Virus genome (UHGV): UHGV-0203852
Direction: 5' to 3' (one strand)
DNA length: 47,439 nt
Source of the DNA: a virus
Shown one piece after another: positions 26,035 through 35,439 of this stretch (within the stretch, counting starts at the first letter, position 1; each line of letters opens with the position of its first letter). Below the pieces are notes generated by a model. The model did no database searches. It was given only the letters and a program-made list of their open reading frames with translations, and was not told where the DNA came from. The position numbers and the translations under genes were made by a program.

Positions 26035-26451
26035 ATGGCAAACGGAGAGAATTTACGACCTCTGCAATCACGTAGCGAGGAAGAGCGCAAAGCAATAGCA
26101 AGCGCAGGTGGACGTGCGTGTTGTGAGGCGAAACGCAGACGGAAACTGATGCGTGAGACGATGGAGGCGATATTGTCGATGCCCGAAAAGAACGACAAAT
26201 ACATATCGATGATGCGTGCGAGAGGCATTAAGAAAAACGACATTACACAGCAGGCGGTGATAGTGATGTCGCAAATCGAAAAAGCGAAAAAAGGCGACAC
26301 CAAGGCAGCCACTTTTATTCGTGACACGGTAGGCGAAAAGCCGACAGAACGCCACGAGGTGACTGGAGCAGACGGCACGCCATTCGTTAGCCGACAGTTG
26401 ACACAAAGCGAGGCGAGGGAGTTCCTGCGCAAGTTGGACGAAGAATTGTAA
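26035..26451 (+). CDS. terS: Terminase small subunit
   Basis: MANGENLRP, KAKKGDTKAA, EVTGADG; directly upstream of TerL. Confidence 0.75.
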   Translation: MANGENLRPLQSRSEEERKAIASAGGRACCEAKRRRKLMRETMEAILSMPEKNDKYISMMRARGIKKNDITQQAVIVMSQIEKAKKGDTKAATFIRDTVGEKPTERHEVTGADGTPFVSRQLTQSEAREFLRKLDEEL

Positions 26452-26472
26452 GGCGAGAGCAAAAAAAACGAA

Positions 26473-27894
26473 ATGGCTACGAGTTACGACGAACTGGAAT
26501 TGACGAGAAATTGGGTGTCGGCATCGATGCTCAATTTCACTCGTTATTTCTTCCATCGTCAGAACGGTGGGAAACGCTACATCGTAGGTGAACACCACCG
26601 AGCCATTTGTGAGCGGCTTGACGCTGTGATGCGTGGCGAGTGCCGTAAACTGATTATAAACATTGCACCTCGCTACGGCAAAACATTGCTTGCCGTTCAT
26701 TCGTTCATCGCAATGGGGTTGGCGTTGAATCCACAAAGCAGATTCATTCACCTATCCTATTCCTCGGCATTGGCTCAAGAGAATAGCATCAGCATCAAAG
26801 ATGTTGTCAACTCAGATGCTTTCAAGGCTTTGTTCGCCGCTCGTGTGCGCTTTGGTAGCGATACGAAATCACGTTGGGATTTGGAGCAAGGCGGTGGTGT
26901 GTACGCCACATCGACACTTGGGCAGATTACAGGCTTCGGTGCTGGTGCAGTAGCCGATGCTGGCGAACGCTACCAGTTCAGCGGAGCAATCGTTATCGAC
27001 GACCCAATCAAGCCTGAAGATGCGTTATCAGACAACATTCGAGAGCAGGTTAACAGACGCTTCGAGACAACAATTCGCAACCGTGTGAACGACCGAAATA
27101 CGCCAATCATCATCATTATGCAACGACTGCATGAACACGACCTTTGCGGCTACTTGCAAGGCATAGAGAGCGATGGCTGGGAGGTGCTTTCATTGCCATG
27201 CCTACACGCTGACGGCACACCGCTGTGGGAGTTCAAGCATACGGCGGAGGAATTGCGAGAAATTGAAAAGGCTAACTCGTTCGTTTTTGAAACGCAATAC
27301 ATGCAGAATCCGAAGCCGTTGCAAGGCTTGATGTACGGCAGTGGCTTCCGAGAATACGAGGCGTTGCCGACTGGCAAGGTGTTGCGGAAAAACTACACCG
27401 ATACGGCGGACACAGGCGCAGACTACCTTTGCTCGGTGTGCTATGTTGAGTGCGAGGACGGAATGTATGTTACCGATGTGCTGTACACTAACAAGCCCAT
27501 GGAGTACACCGAGGGTGAAACAGCAAAGATGCTTTTGCGAAACGATACCGAGTTAGCCAACATCGAGAGTAACAATGGCGGTCGTGGTTTTGCTCGTGCC
27601 GTAGAAAAGATAGTGCGCTCACAAGGCGACACGTGGACACGCATACAATGGTTCACACAGACGAAAAACAAGCAAGTGCGCATATTCAGCACCAGCGCAA
27701 AGGTGCAGAACATGGTATATATGCCCAAGGGCTGGCAGACGATGTTTCCTGTGTTCGCCAAGGCGGTGCTATCGTATCGCAAAGAGGGCGGAAATGCGCA
27801 CGATGATGCGCCCGATGTGCTGGCTGGTATGGTGGAAAAGTTCAGAAACAACGCCAACAGAATAGATTTGAAACGAATTTCTGCGATGGTATAA
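26473..27894 (+). CDS. terL: Terminase large subunit
   Basis: APRYGKT Walker A, IVIDDP Walker B, MQRLH, HDDAPD nuclease motif. Confidence 0.95.
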   Translation: MATSYDELELTRNWVSASMLNFTRYFFHRQNGGKRYIVGEHHRAICERLDAVMRGECRKLIINIAPRYGKTLLAVHSFIAMGLALNPQSRFIHLSYSSALAQENSISIKDVVNSDAFKALFAARVRFGSDTKSRWDLEQGGGVYATSTLGQITGFGAGAVADAGERYQFSGAIVIDDPIKPEDALSDNIREQVNRRFETTIRNRVNDRNTPIIIIMQRLHEHDLCGYLQGIESDGWEVLSLPCLHADGTPLWEFKHTAEELREIEKANSFVFETQYMQNPKPLQGLMYGSGFREYEALPTGKVLRKNYTDTADTGADYLCSVCYVECEDGMYVTDVLYTNKPMEYTEGETAKMLLRNDTELANIESNNGGRGFARAVEKIVRSQGDTWTRIQWFTQTKNKQVRIFSTSAKVQNMVYMPKGWQTMFPVFAKAVLSYRKEGGNAHDDAPDVLAGMVEKFRNNANRIDLKRISAMV

Positions 27895-27921
27895 TAGTGG
27901 TTAAAAAATAAATAGTTAGTT

Positions 27922-29310
27922 ATGACGATTAGAGAGATTTTCAACAGCGGAGGAAGCGCAAAAGATGTGATTGCGGCTCTTAAAAATAAAACAATCAGTG
28001 TGCCAACATGGGGTGGTGTGTCGGGCTTGCAAGCCGAGTACGACCCGATGATGCACCCAGTGATGAACAAGGCTTCTTACCCCGATGTCGTCACAGATAA
28101 CGGTGTCGAGTATGTCACACGAGTTACGTTTGATTTGCAACGGCTTGCTACGAAGCGCATGACGGAGTTGTGCTGTGGCATACCAATAAAGCGTGTGTAT
28201 TCGCCAGCGAATGACAAACAAGCGGAAGTGGCAAAGTACATCGAGGCTATTTCTGTGCGCAACAGAATAGACAGCGTGAATGTTGAGCGACTGAACATGC
28301 TATTTGCTGGGTGCGAAGTTATGACGCTGTGGTACGCACAGCAGGGCGAAAACGATTATTACGGCTTCCGCTCGCTGATTAAATTGCGTTGCCGTAATTT
28401 CTCGCCGATGCTTGGCGATGAACTTTATCCGCTATTCGATGAGTACGGCGATATGATTGCGCTCTCGGTAGCATATCAGCGTAAGGTGGGTAAGCGATGG
28501 GTGCATTACTTCGATGCGTACATGGCGGATAAGCACGTTAAATGGAGTGATGAAAACGGCGATTGGCAAGAGTTGGAAAACGAGCCAATGGGCATCGGCA
28601 AAATACCAGCCGTTTATATCTATCGCCCAACGCCTATTTGGGAAAATCAGAGCCATGCCGTGTATGAAATGGAATGGGCGTTATCTCGCAACGGCAACTA
28701 TCTACGAAAGAACAGCAAGCCGTTATTTGTAGTGTTTGCCGATGAAGCAATTAACTATGGAAGCGAGAAAGACAGCAACAGCGAGAGCCGTGCCGTGCTT
28801 CAGTTCCCGACAGGTGCAACGGCTAATTATGTGACTTGGGCACAGGCGACAGAAAGTCTGAAATACCACATCGACACGCTGCGCTCGGCATTCTTCCAGC
28901 AGTTGCAGTTGCCCGACTGGAGTTATGAGAAGATGAGCCAACAGGCATTGAGTGGCGAAAGTCGTAAGCAGTTGTTTATCGATGCACAAATGAAAGTGCG
29001 TGACGAAAGCGGTAGATTGCTGGAAGCGTTTGACCGAGAAGTGAATGTTATCAAGGCATTCTTGAAGCAGATGCTCACGGACGATTATGCAAGCGATATT
29101 GATGCGCTGAACGTGGAGACGGTGATAACACCGTATCAAATCAACGATGAGGCGGAAACGATTAATCGGCTCGTTTCGGCTACTGGTGGCAAGCCGATTA
29201 TGAGCCAGCGCGAGGCGATTGAAGCCTATGGTTATAGCGATGATGTGGATAAGACGATGGAGCAGATAGCCGACGAGGAACGGCTTGATGCAATGGGTTT
29301 AAGCGACTGA
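27922..29310 (+). CDS. Portal protein (SPP1 gp6-like)
   Basis: 462 aa after TerL; ALSGESRKQ motif; acidic C-terminus. Confidence 0.88.
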   Translation: MTIREIFNSGGSAKDVIAALKNKTISVPTWGGVSGLQAEYDPMMHPVMNKASYPDVVTDNGVEYVTRVTFDLQRLATKRMTELCCGIPIKRVYSPANDKQAEVAKYIEAISVRNRIDSVNVERLNMLFAGCEVMTLWYAQQGENDYYGFRSLIKLRCRNFSPMLGDELYPLFDEYGDMIALSVAYQRKVGKRWVHYFDAYMADKHVKWSDENGDWQELENEPMGIGKIPAVYIYRPTPIWENQSHAVYEMEWALSRNGNYLRKNSKPLFVVFADEAINYGSEKDSNSESRAVLQFPTGATANYVTWAQATESLKYHIDTLRSAFFQQLQLPDWSYEKMSQQALSGESRKQLFIDAQMKVRDESGRLLEAFDREVNVIKAFLKQMLTDDYASDIDALNVETVITPYQINDEAETINRLVSATGGKPIMSQREAIEAYGYSDDVDKTMEQIADEERLDAMGLSD

Positions 29311-29332
29311 AATGAAACGAAATTGTTAGGCG

Positions 29333-31003
29333 ATGGCGAGAATGAACAAATATGAGGCACGGCATATACGCAACGTGGAAGCGTATAAGCGTGAGGTGCA
29401 GAAGATATTCGACGAGGCGACAAAAGAGGCTCTGCGTATGGGCATACGGTTTGATGCCGACACAGGCAAGCCATTCTCGTTTGACGACTATCCAGCAACA
29501 AAGCGTAAGTTCGATGCGTTGATGGCGAAGATGCACCAACGCCTCATGGCTGTTGTACGCAATGGTGTTGATGCCGAGTACGAGTTGGCACAAGACAGTG
29601 CTGGTGCGCAGATTCGCTCCGTGTTCCCTGCATTGTCGGCTGCGCAAATTAGCGAGCAGTTGCGCAAGTTGGCGAACAGCAACGCCAAGGCTGCGTTTGA
29701 GCAACGGCGAAAGCGTGGGCTTGGCTTATCGGATAAGGTATGGCAATACACGGGGCAATACAAGCAAGAGTTGGAAATGGCTATTGATATTGGCATCGGT
29801 GAGGGCAAGAGCGCACAGGCATTGAGCCGTGAGGTGCGCAAATACCTAAGACAGCCAAACATGTTATTTCGTAAGGTGCGTGATAAGCACGGTGTGTTGC
29901 ACCTATCAAAGCGAGCAAAGGCTTATCACCCTGGCAGAGGCGTGTACCGTTCGAGCGCAAAGAATGCTCTGCGAATGGTTGCGACAGAAACGAATATTGC
30001 ATACCGAAGCGCAGACTATCTTAATACCAAAGCATCGCCGTGGATAGTCGGCATTCGCATCGTGCTATCGAATAACCACACCTTTAAGGATTCGCAAGGC
30101 GTGGCACAGCCGTTTACCGACATTTGCGATAAATTGGCTGGGCGATACCCCAAGGATTTCAAGTTCACTGGATGGCATCCGAATTGCCGTTGCCATATCG
30201 AGTACATACACAAGACAGATGCAGAGGTGGAGCGTGACACGAAGCGTATGCTCCGTGGTGAAAAGCCTATTGAGGCGCACGAAAGCAAAAACTATGTGGG
30301 CGAGCTTCCGAAGTCGTTCCAAAAATGGGCAGAAGAAAATAAGCAGAGAATTATAAACAAAAAATCGTTGCCGTATGTGATTGATGACAACAAAGGAATG
30401 ATGAGTGGAGATTATCTTAATATGGCAGTTAAAGAGGTGATGGGCAAGGCAGAACTTTCGTGTGACGATGTACAGACAACAGCAGTGAAAATTGCCAACA
30501 AGTACGGAGCGGTCGTGACTCCTATAAATCTAAAATCGGAGGCATCTATTATTAGAAAAATTAAATCAGAAAGGGAGAATGATTCTTTTTTCGCACCAGT
30601 AGACTTAAAAGACACAGTTAGAACTACTATAATCGCTCCAAATGACAAGATAGGTGAAATAATTACAGAACTGAAATCGCTTGGGAACTTTGTGAGGTAT
30701 AAAGCACAAAATACAGAACTTGGTTATACAGGTAATATTATTAATATCGAAACAAGTCAAGGACTTGTGGCGGAAATACAAGTAAACACGGCAAAAATGA
30801 TTTATGCGAAAGAAATAGAGTCTGTTGCCAAGGCTGTTATCGGAGAGAGGCTATGGAATGAAATAAACAGACAAACAGGAATTAATGGTGGAGAGGGACA
30901 TGTGTTTTACGAAAAATGGAGGGTGATTGCGGATAAATCAAGCAAAAAAGCGATTGAAATCAAAAAGAAATCAATCGCTTATTATAAAAATTTTACAAAC
31001 TAA
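29333..31003 (+). CDS. MuF/SPP1 gp7-like minor head protein with C-terminal RelA/SpoT-like (alarmone synthetase) toxin domain
   Basis: TETNIAY, DICD.LAG.YP, WHPNCRC MuF motifs; extension with KSEASIIRK, DLKDTVRTTI, GYTG, EIQVNT. Confidence 0.8.
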   Translation: MARMNKYEARHIRNVEAYKREVQKIFDEATKEALRMGIRFDADTGKPFSFDDYPATKRKFDALMAKMHQRLMAVVRNGVDAEYELAQDSAGAQIRSVFPALSAAQISEQLRKLANSNAKAAFEQRRKRGLGLSDKVWQYTGQYKQELEMAIDIGIGEGKSAQALSREVRKYLRQPNMLFRKVRDKHGVLHLSKRAKAYHPGRGVYRSSAKNALRMVATETNIAYRSADYLNTKASPWIVGIRIVLSNNHTFKDSQGVAQPFTDICDKLAGRYPKDFKFTGWHPNCRCHIEYIHKTDAEVERDTKRMLRGEKPIEAHESKNYVGELPKSFQKWAEENKQRIINKKSLPYVIDDNKGMMSGDYLNMAVKEVMGKAELSCDDVQTTAVKIANKYGAVVTPINLKSEASIIRKIKSERENDSFFAPVDLKDTVRTTIIAPNDKIGEIITELKSLGNFVRYKAQNTELGYTGNIINIETSQGLVAEIQVNTAKMIYAKEIESVAKAVIGERLWNEINRQTGINGGEGHVFYEKWRVIADKSSKKAIEIKKKSIAYYKNFTN

Positions 31004-31245
31004 AAAAGGCGTCGCAGTTTACCCGACCTTGGGTCCCAATCCCAATCAATGCCGAACGTGTCGTATTCTTCTTTTGTAATTTCACTCAAGAAATTTGTAA
31101 CTCCGTAGCCTTGTATTCCGTATGCCACCATGTTATCTTTTGAGACTTTTGTTTCCCTAAGATGTCTGATACTTTTTATGTAGCGGTCGCCGTTGTCGTC
31201 AACCCTAACTACAGCATCTGCTTCGTAATTAGAATAGTATTTCAT
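31000..31245 (-). CDS. Hypothetical protein, candidate immunity protein for the MuF toxin
   Basis: 81 aa, convergent with and overlapping the toxin stop; own TACATTTG box at 31270-31277 (minus strand); function inferred from position. Confidence 0.55.
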   Translation of the reverse strand: MKYYSNYEADAVVRVDDNGDRYIKSIRHLRETKVSKDNMVAYGIQGYGVTNFLSEITKEEYDTFGIDWDWDPRSGKLRRLF

Positions 31246-31312
31246 AATAGTTTGTTGTTTATGAACAAGCAAATGTACTTAATTTTATTTTTTTCGCCAA
31301 AATTTTCACAGC

Positions 31313-31798
31313 CTATTTCATTGCGATTATTTCGTCAATCGTGTAGCATGTGCTTAATCGGTGTATTGTTCGGGCTACTTCCCAACCCCAAATGCTTGCC
31401 ACTTTACGGATAGCACCAAGGTCACCCTCGAAGTTAATACAACTCTCATAGTTGTTGTATTCGTAGTAATATACCTCTTGTGGGTTGCATTCTTCGGCGA
31501 TGATGTCGTCTGTTTTCCTTTGTGCTTTAAAGAACCTATCAATGCCGTCTTTCGTGCCGAACACACCAGCACCGAGCGAGCAGGTTTTCTCTCCGTCATT
31601 CAGCGAACGAATTGACGTCAAGCCGAGATTGAATTGTTCATCGGTGAAAGCGCAGAACATGTCGAAGTCCTCGAAGCGGATAGATCGTTTGCTATCCACC
31701 AATTCCTTGTATCGCTTCAGTGTAGATGCGTTGGTGATGATAAGAAAACCATCACGATCCCAGTCGGGAGTAATTTTTACGTTTGTCTTTGTTACCAT
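31313..31798 (-). CDS. Hypothetical protein
   Basis: MFCAFTDEQF, PQEVYYYEYNNYE; second gene of the inverted cassette. Confidence 0.65.
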   Translation of the reverse strand: MVTKTNVKITPDWDRDGFLIITNASTLKRYKELVDSKRSIRFEDFDMFCAFTDEQFNLGLTSIRSLNDGEKTCSLGAGVFGTKDGIDRFFKAQRKTDDIIAEECNPQEVYYYEYNNYESCINFEGDLGAIRKVASIWGWEVARTIHRLSTCYTIDEIIAMK

Positions 31799-31833
31799 TT
31801 TTATTTTGTTTTTTTTGATTGTTGTCAATATGA

Positions 31834-32067
31834 TTACTTGCTATACAATGTCACTCGGATTCCACGGCGTAGCCGACACACACACTTATCATCGCCAGCG
31901 TTGATTGCTCAGTTGATAAACTTGTTGAATAGGTCAACGCCGATTAGCGCAACCATACCTGTAACGCCTACCAATGTGTTGATGCGATTTCCTTTGTTGT
32001 CGATACCTGCCACTTTCAGCAGGAAGTTACGGTTTATGTACCGTGAAGTGTAGTTAAGATTTCCCAT
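31834..32067 (-). pseudogene. 77-codon gene interrupted by an in-frame TGA at 31909-31911
   Basis: MGNLNYTSRYINRNFLLKV...LFNKFIN*AINAGDDKCVCRLRRGIRVTLYSK-TAA; the frame stays open for 24 codons after the TGA. Confidence 0.6.
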
Positions 32068-32099
32068 AATTGCGTTTTTTGTTTTTTGTTTTTGCGATG

Positions 32100-32144
32100 C
32101 AAATATAGCCAAATAAAATGACAATGTGCAAGTATTATGTAACA
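32100..32144 (-). promoter_or_regulatory. Promoter of the inverted cassette, near-identical to 6968-7011
   Basis: Minus strand tgttacataatacttgcaca-N17-TATATTTG. Confidence 0.75.
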
Positions 32145-32200
32145 AATATAACCTTATCCGATTATATTTAACAAATATTAATGTTATCATATGCTAAAAT

Positions 32201-32215
32201 ATGACTATATTTGCG
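32201..32215 (+). promoter_or_regulatory. Probable promoter -7 box for the head operon
   Basis: atgacTATATTTGcg upstream of the scaffold gene. Confidence 0.55.
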
Positions 32216-32245
32216 ATATAATCGAAATTCAAGTATTACATAATC

Positions 32246-32932
32246 ATGATTAGAGACGAAATTTTTGCGTTGCTCAAAACCAAATTCGAGGGGGTTGACG
32301 ATGCAACCATTGGCAGGGTTGCCGACAAACTGGCAAAGACTGCAACAGACGCAAGCGCAGCCGTTGATGGTTGCACTTTCGCACAAGTGCTTGAAATGTA
32401 TGGCGATAGCAGAGCCACGGAGGCTTCGTTGAGCGCAGTGCGCAACTACGAGCGCAAGCATGGACTGAAAGACGGCAAGGCTATCGAAGTTCAGAAGCAA
32501 GCACAACAGCAACAGAACACGCAACCACAAAACGAAAATAACGGTGGGGGCGAAGTCGCAGAACTGCTCCGAGAATTGAAATCACAAAACGAATTGTTGA
32601 AAGCAAGGCTTGACGGCATCGAAGCGAAAGGTATCACCAAGACACGAATGGGGGAAATCGGCAAAATTGTTGAAAAGTTGCCCGAAGCATTGAGGAAGCC
32701 GTATAGCAGAATCAGCGTTGACGGATTAAGCGAGGAAGATTACACCTCGCTAAAGAACGAAATCACTGCCGAGGTTGAGCAGCTGGCGCAAGCGCAAAAA
32801 GCGAATAGCGCAGTATTCCAACAGCCAAAATTCGTGTCGGGTCCAGTGAGCACAAAAGAGTTGAGCGAAGAGCAGAAGAGCGCAATCGCAAAGCGTGAGG
32901 GCGTTATCAAGGCTGGCGAACAACCATTTTAA
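32246..32932 (+). CDS. Probable capsid scaffolding protein
   Basis: Helical/coiled-coil, YGDSRATEA..AV.NYE.KHGLKDGK; upstream of decoration and capsid genes. Confidence 0.65.
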   Translation: MIRDEIFALLKTKFEGVDDATIGRVADKLAKTATDASAAVDGCTFAQVLEMYGDSRATEASLSAVRNYERKHGLKDGKAIEVQKQAQQQQNTQPQNENNGGGEVAELLRELKSQNELLKARLDGIEAKGITKTRMGEIGKIVEKLPEALRKPYSRISVDGLSEEDYTSLKNEITAEVEQLAQAQKANSAVFQQPKFVSGPVSTKELSEEQKSAIAKREGVIKAGEQPF

Positions 32933-32992
32933 TGTGGACTGGCAAAACGAGAGAAAAAACCGAAATTCAAGTATTTTTTAAACGATTAGAAA

Positions 32993-33556
32993 ATGTTCGT
33001 TAAACGTAAAAAAGACCAACACCAGCGTAAGGTGCTGATGCACCGCATTGCTGATGTGCGAGGCGGTGTTAGCATCGCACAATCGGACATTCCAAGTGGT
33101 GCTATCGCCGAGGGTGCTATCATCGCAGTAGCCGATGGCAAATATCACATTTTGCCTACGGCGTTGTGCGTTGAAGCGTTAGGCGCAACCGCAAAGAGTG
33201 TCAAGGTGGCGAAGTTCCACAATTTCGCCGTCGGTCAATCAGTGACAAAAGACGCTGGAGCAGTCGCAAGCAAGATTACTGCTATCGACGACAGCAACAA
33301 GGCGTATGATGTGCTTACACTTTCAGCCGCTATCGGCGAAGTGAAAGTTGGGGAAAGCATTGTGGCTGCGAAAGCGGCTACAACCAGTAATGACAGTGTT
33401 TTGCTGTACGAGCCATTCGCTGTGGCTGGCACAAGCAAAGACGCAGAGGGTGACTTCGTAGATGTCGATGCGTGGCTTATTGGCGTTACAGCCAATCTGC
33501 AAGCACCTGCATCTGTGATTAATAAGATGAAAGGCATTGTTAACATCGCAAAATAA
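32993..33556 (+). CDS. Probable head decoration protein
   Basis: Ala/Val-rich beta protein between scaffold and major capsid genes. Confidence 0.6.
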   Translation: MFVKRKKDQHQRKVLMHRIADVRGGVSIAQSDIPSGAIAEGAIIAVADGKYHILPTALCVEALGATAKSVKVAKFHNFAVGQSVTKDAGAVASKITAIDDSNKAYDVLTLSAAIGEVKVGESIVAAKAATTSNDSVLLYEPFAVAGTSKDAEGDFVDVDAWLIGVTANLQAPASVINKMKGIVNIAK

Positions 33557-33572
33557 AAGGAGGTAGAAGATT

Positions 33573-34670
33573 ATGGCAACAGGACAAATCACCAATTCAC
33601 TCATCGTTGGGCTTACCGCCCAAATGGTACAGGCGAGAGTTAACACGGCGGACGCATCGAAGTTCTACTTCGGCACACACTTCCCAGTGAAGCGTGTGAA
33701 TGGCTTCTCATGGCGTATGCTCGAAAATCAACTCGAGGGCAAGAATGTTGCGGCTGACATTCACACCGATAATGGCACAATCGTTCGCAAGCGTAGACCA
33801 ATCTTCGATGTGGCACAAGGCGATATTCCATACATCGCCGTGAGCCGTGAAATGACACGCAAAGACCTAAAAGACTATCAGACAGCATTGGCATTGGCAA
33901 ACGATGCCGACGCTTCAAAACTGGTGGAATATTGGGGTGGCGATGTTGATTTCTGCTTTAATGCCGTGCAGTCGGAAATTGAAAAAATCGCTTTCCAAAC
34001 ACTTTCGCACGCTGGCGTATTTAAGGCGGACGGAAAAAACTCAGCATCGTTCGAGGCTAATATGGATTATGTGGTTGACGACGATAAAAAGGTCGCTACC
34101 GCAAGCGACTGGACACAAAAATCGTCTGACATCATCGCCGACTTCGTGAAACTTGTTAAGAGCGCAAAGGATATGAACCTTTCGCCCAAGTTCGCATTCG
34201 TAAACCTTGATACATTCTACGCAATCGCATCTAACGAGAGCGTTATCAAGGCTTGTGCAAGTTACCTTAATAACTTGGCGAATATTCCACAAACGCCCGA
34301 CCTTGCAACCGTTAATGTGATGCTCTCTCGTCAGGCGTGGTTGAATGGCATTCAGTTGCGTGTGATTGACCAGACCATCACCACCGAGTTTGCAGACGGC
34401 ACTCAAAAGAGCGAGAATCCGTTTGCCGACAATGTGTTGGTACTCTCGGAATCTGAACGCCTCGGAACTACACAATACGACATCTTGGCGGAAAACAACC
34501 CTGCCATCATTCGTGCAGAGCGTGCGCATTGCGTAATCAAGAAGTACGGTACATGCGAGCCAACAGCAGAAATAACCATCGGTCAAGCGGACGCATTGCC
34601 AGTGCTTGATAGCGCATATCGCAACGTGTATGTTAAGGTTGACGGCAATAACGATTTTAGTTATAAGTAA
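33573..34670 (+). CDS. Major capsid protein
   Basis: 365 aa, aggagg before the start, canonical position in the head module. Confidence 0.8.
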   Translation: MATGQITNSLIVGLTAQMVQARVNTADASKFYFGTHFPVKRVNGFSWRMLENQLEGKNVAADIHTDNGTIVRKRRPIFDVAQGDIPYIAVSREMTRKDLKDYQTALALANDADASKLVEYWGGDVDFCFNAVQSEIEKIAFQTLSHAGVFKADGKNSASFEANMDYVVDDDKKVATASDWTQKSSDIIADFVKLVKSAKDMNLSPKFAFVNLDTFYAIASNESVIKACASYLNNLANIPQTPDLATVNVMLSRQAWLNGIQLRVIDQTITTEFADGTQKSENPFADNVLVLSESERLGTTQYDILAENNPAIIRAERAHCVIKKYGTCEPTAEITIGQADALPVLDSAYRNVYVKVDGNNDFSYK

Positions 34671-34682
34671 AGCGTTGGTGTT

Positions 34683-35009
34683 ATGACTGTTTACGATTGT
34701 CTGCGTGGGCTTAACGCCTATCCTATTCCAGCAGCCGCTATCCGTGAGATATCAATCAACCGTGGTGTTTACGTTGACGACGAAGCCACGGCAGAACTGC
34801 TGGCAAGCACGGAGTATATCGGCGCAAAAGCCGATGTACTGATGTGGTTGGCGCAGGCTCCGAATGTGTCGCAAGGTGGGCAAAATTATAGTTTCAGCGA
34901 GTTCGAGCGCAAGGCGTTGCGTGCTTCTGCTTCGGCTCTTTACGACCAAGTGGGCGAAGATGCGAAATCGGGCGCAGTCGTTTACGGCTATAAAGGTTCA
35001 CGGCTATGA
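34683..35009 (+). CDS. Head-tail connector
   Basis: WLAQAPNVSQGG, YGYKGSRL; follows the capsid gene. Confidence 0.65.
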   Translation: MTVYDCLRGLNAYPIPAAAIREISINRGVYVDDEATAELLASTEYIGAKADVLMWLAQAPNVSQGGQNYSFSEFERKALRASASALYDQVGEDAKSGAVVYGYKGSRL

Positions 35010-35332
35010 TAATCGAGAATGGGCATATCGAGGTGAAGCGAAAAAAGGCGGGCGGCATTGACGATAATGGTATGCCAGTGCCACCAACCTTTTCCTTTGA
35101 CAAACCAATCAGATGCCAATGGTGGGCAAATAGTTTCTCGTGGCGAGGGCGCACGAGTTCAGGCGGACACTTCACATCGGCAAGTTATGAGATACTTGTC
35201 GAGGCTGGGGATGGCGTTGAACTTGGCGAGCAGTTGCGATTGACTGATGACCGAGGCAGAACCATTGGCGAGTTTAGTGTAATGAGCATTGAGCCGTTGC
35301 AAGCCGTAGGGCAATACCGAATACTTGTATAA
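35006..35332 (+). CDS. Head closure protein
   Basis: GGIDDNGMP N-terminal motif and position. Confidence 0.6.
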   Translation: MIIENGHIEVKRKKAGGIDDNGMPVPPTFSFDKPIRCQWWANSFSWRGRTSSGGHFTSASYEILVEAGDGVELGEQLRLTDDRGRTIGEFSVMSIEPLQAVGQYRILV

Positions 35333-35439
35333 CGCCATATTTGCGATTTGACGGCACAAAAACCAAAATATATGTAAGTATATAGTTTTGCGATTTGAGT
35401 GCGTCAGACGCTAAATCAGCAATAAATAACACCTAACTG

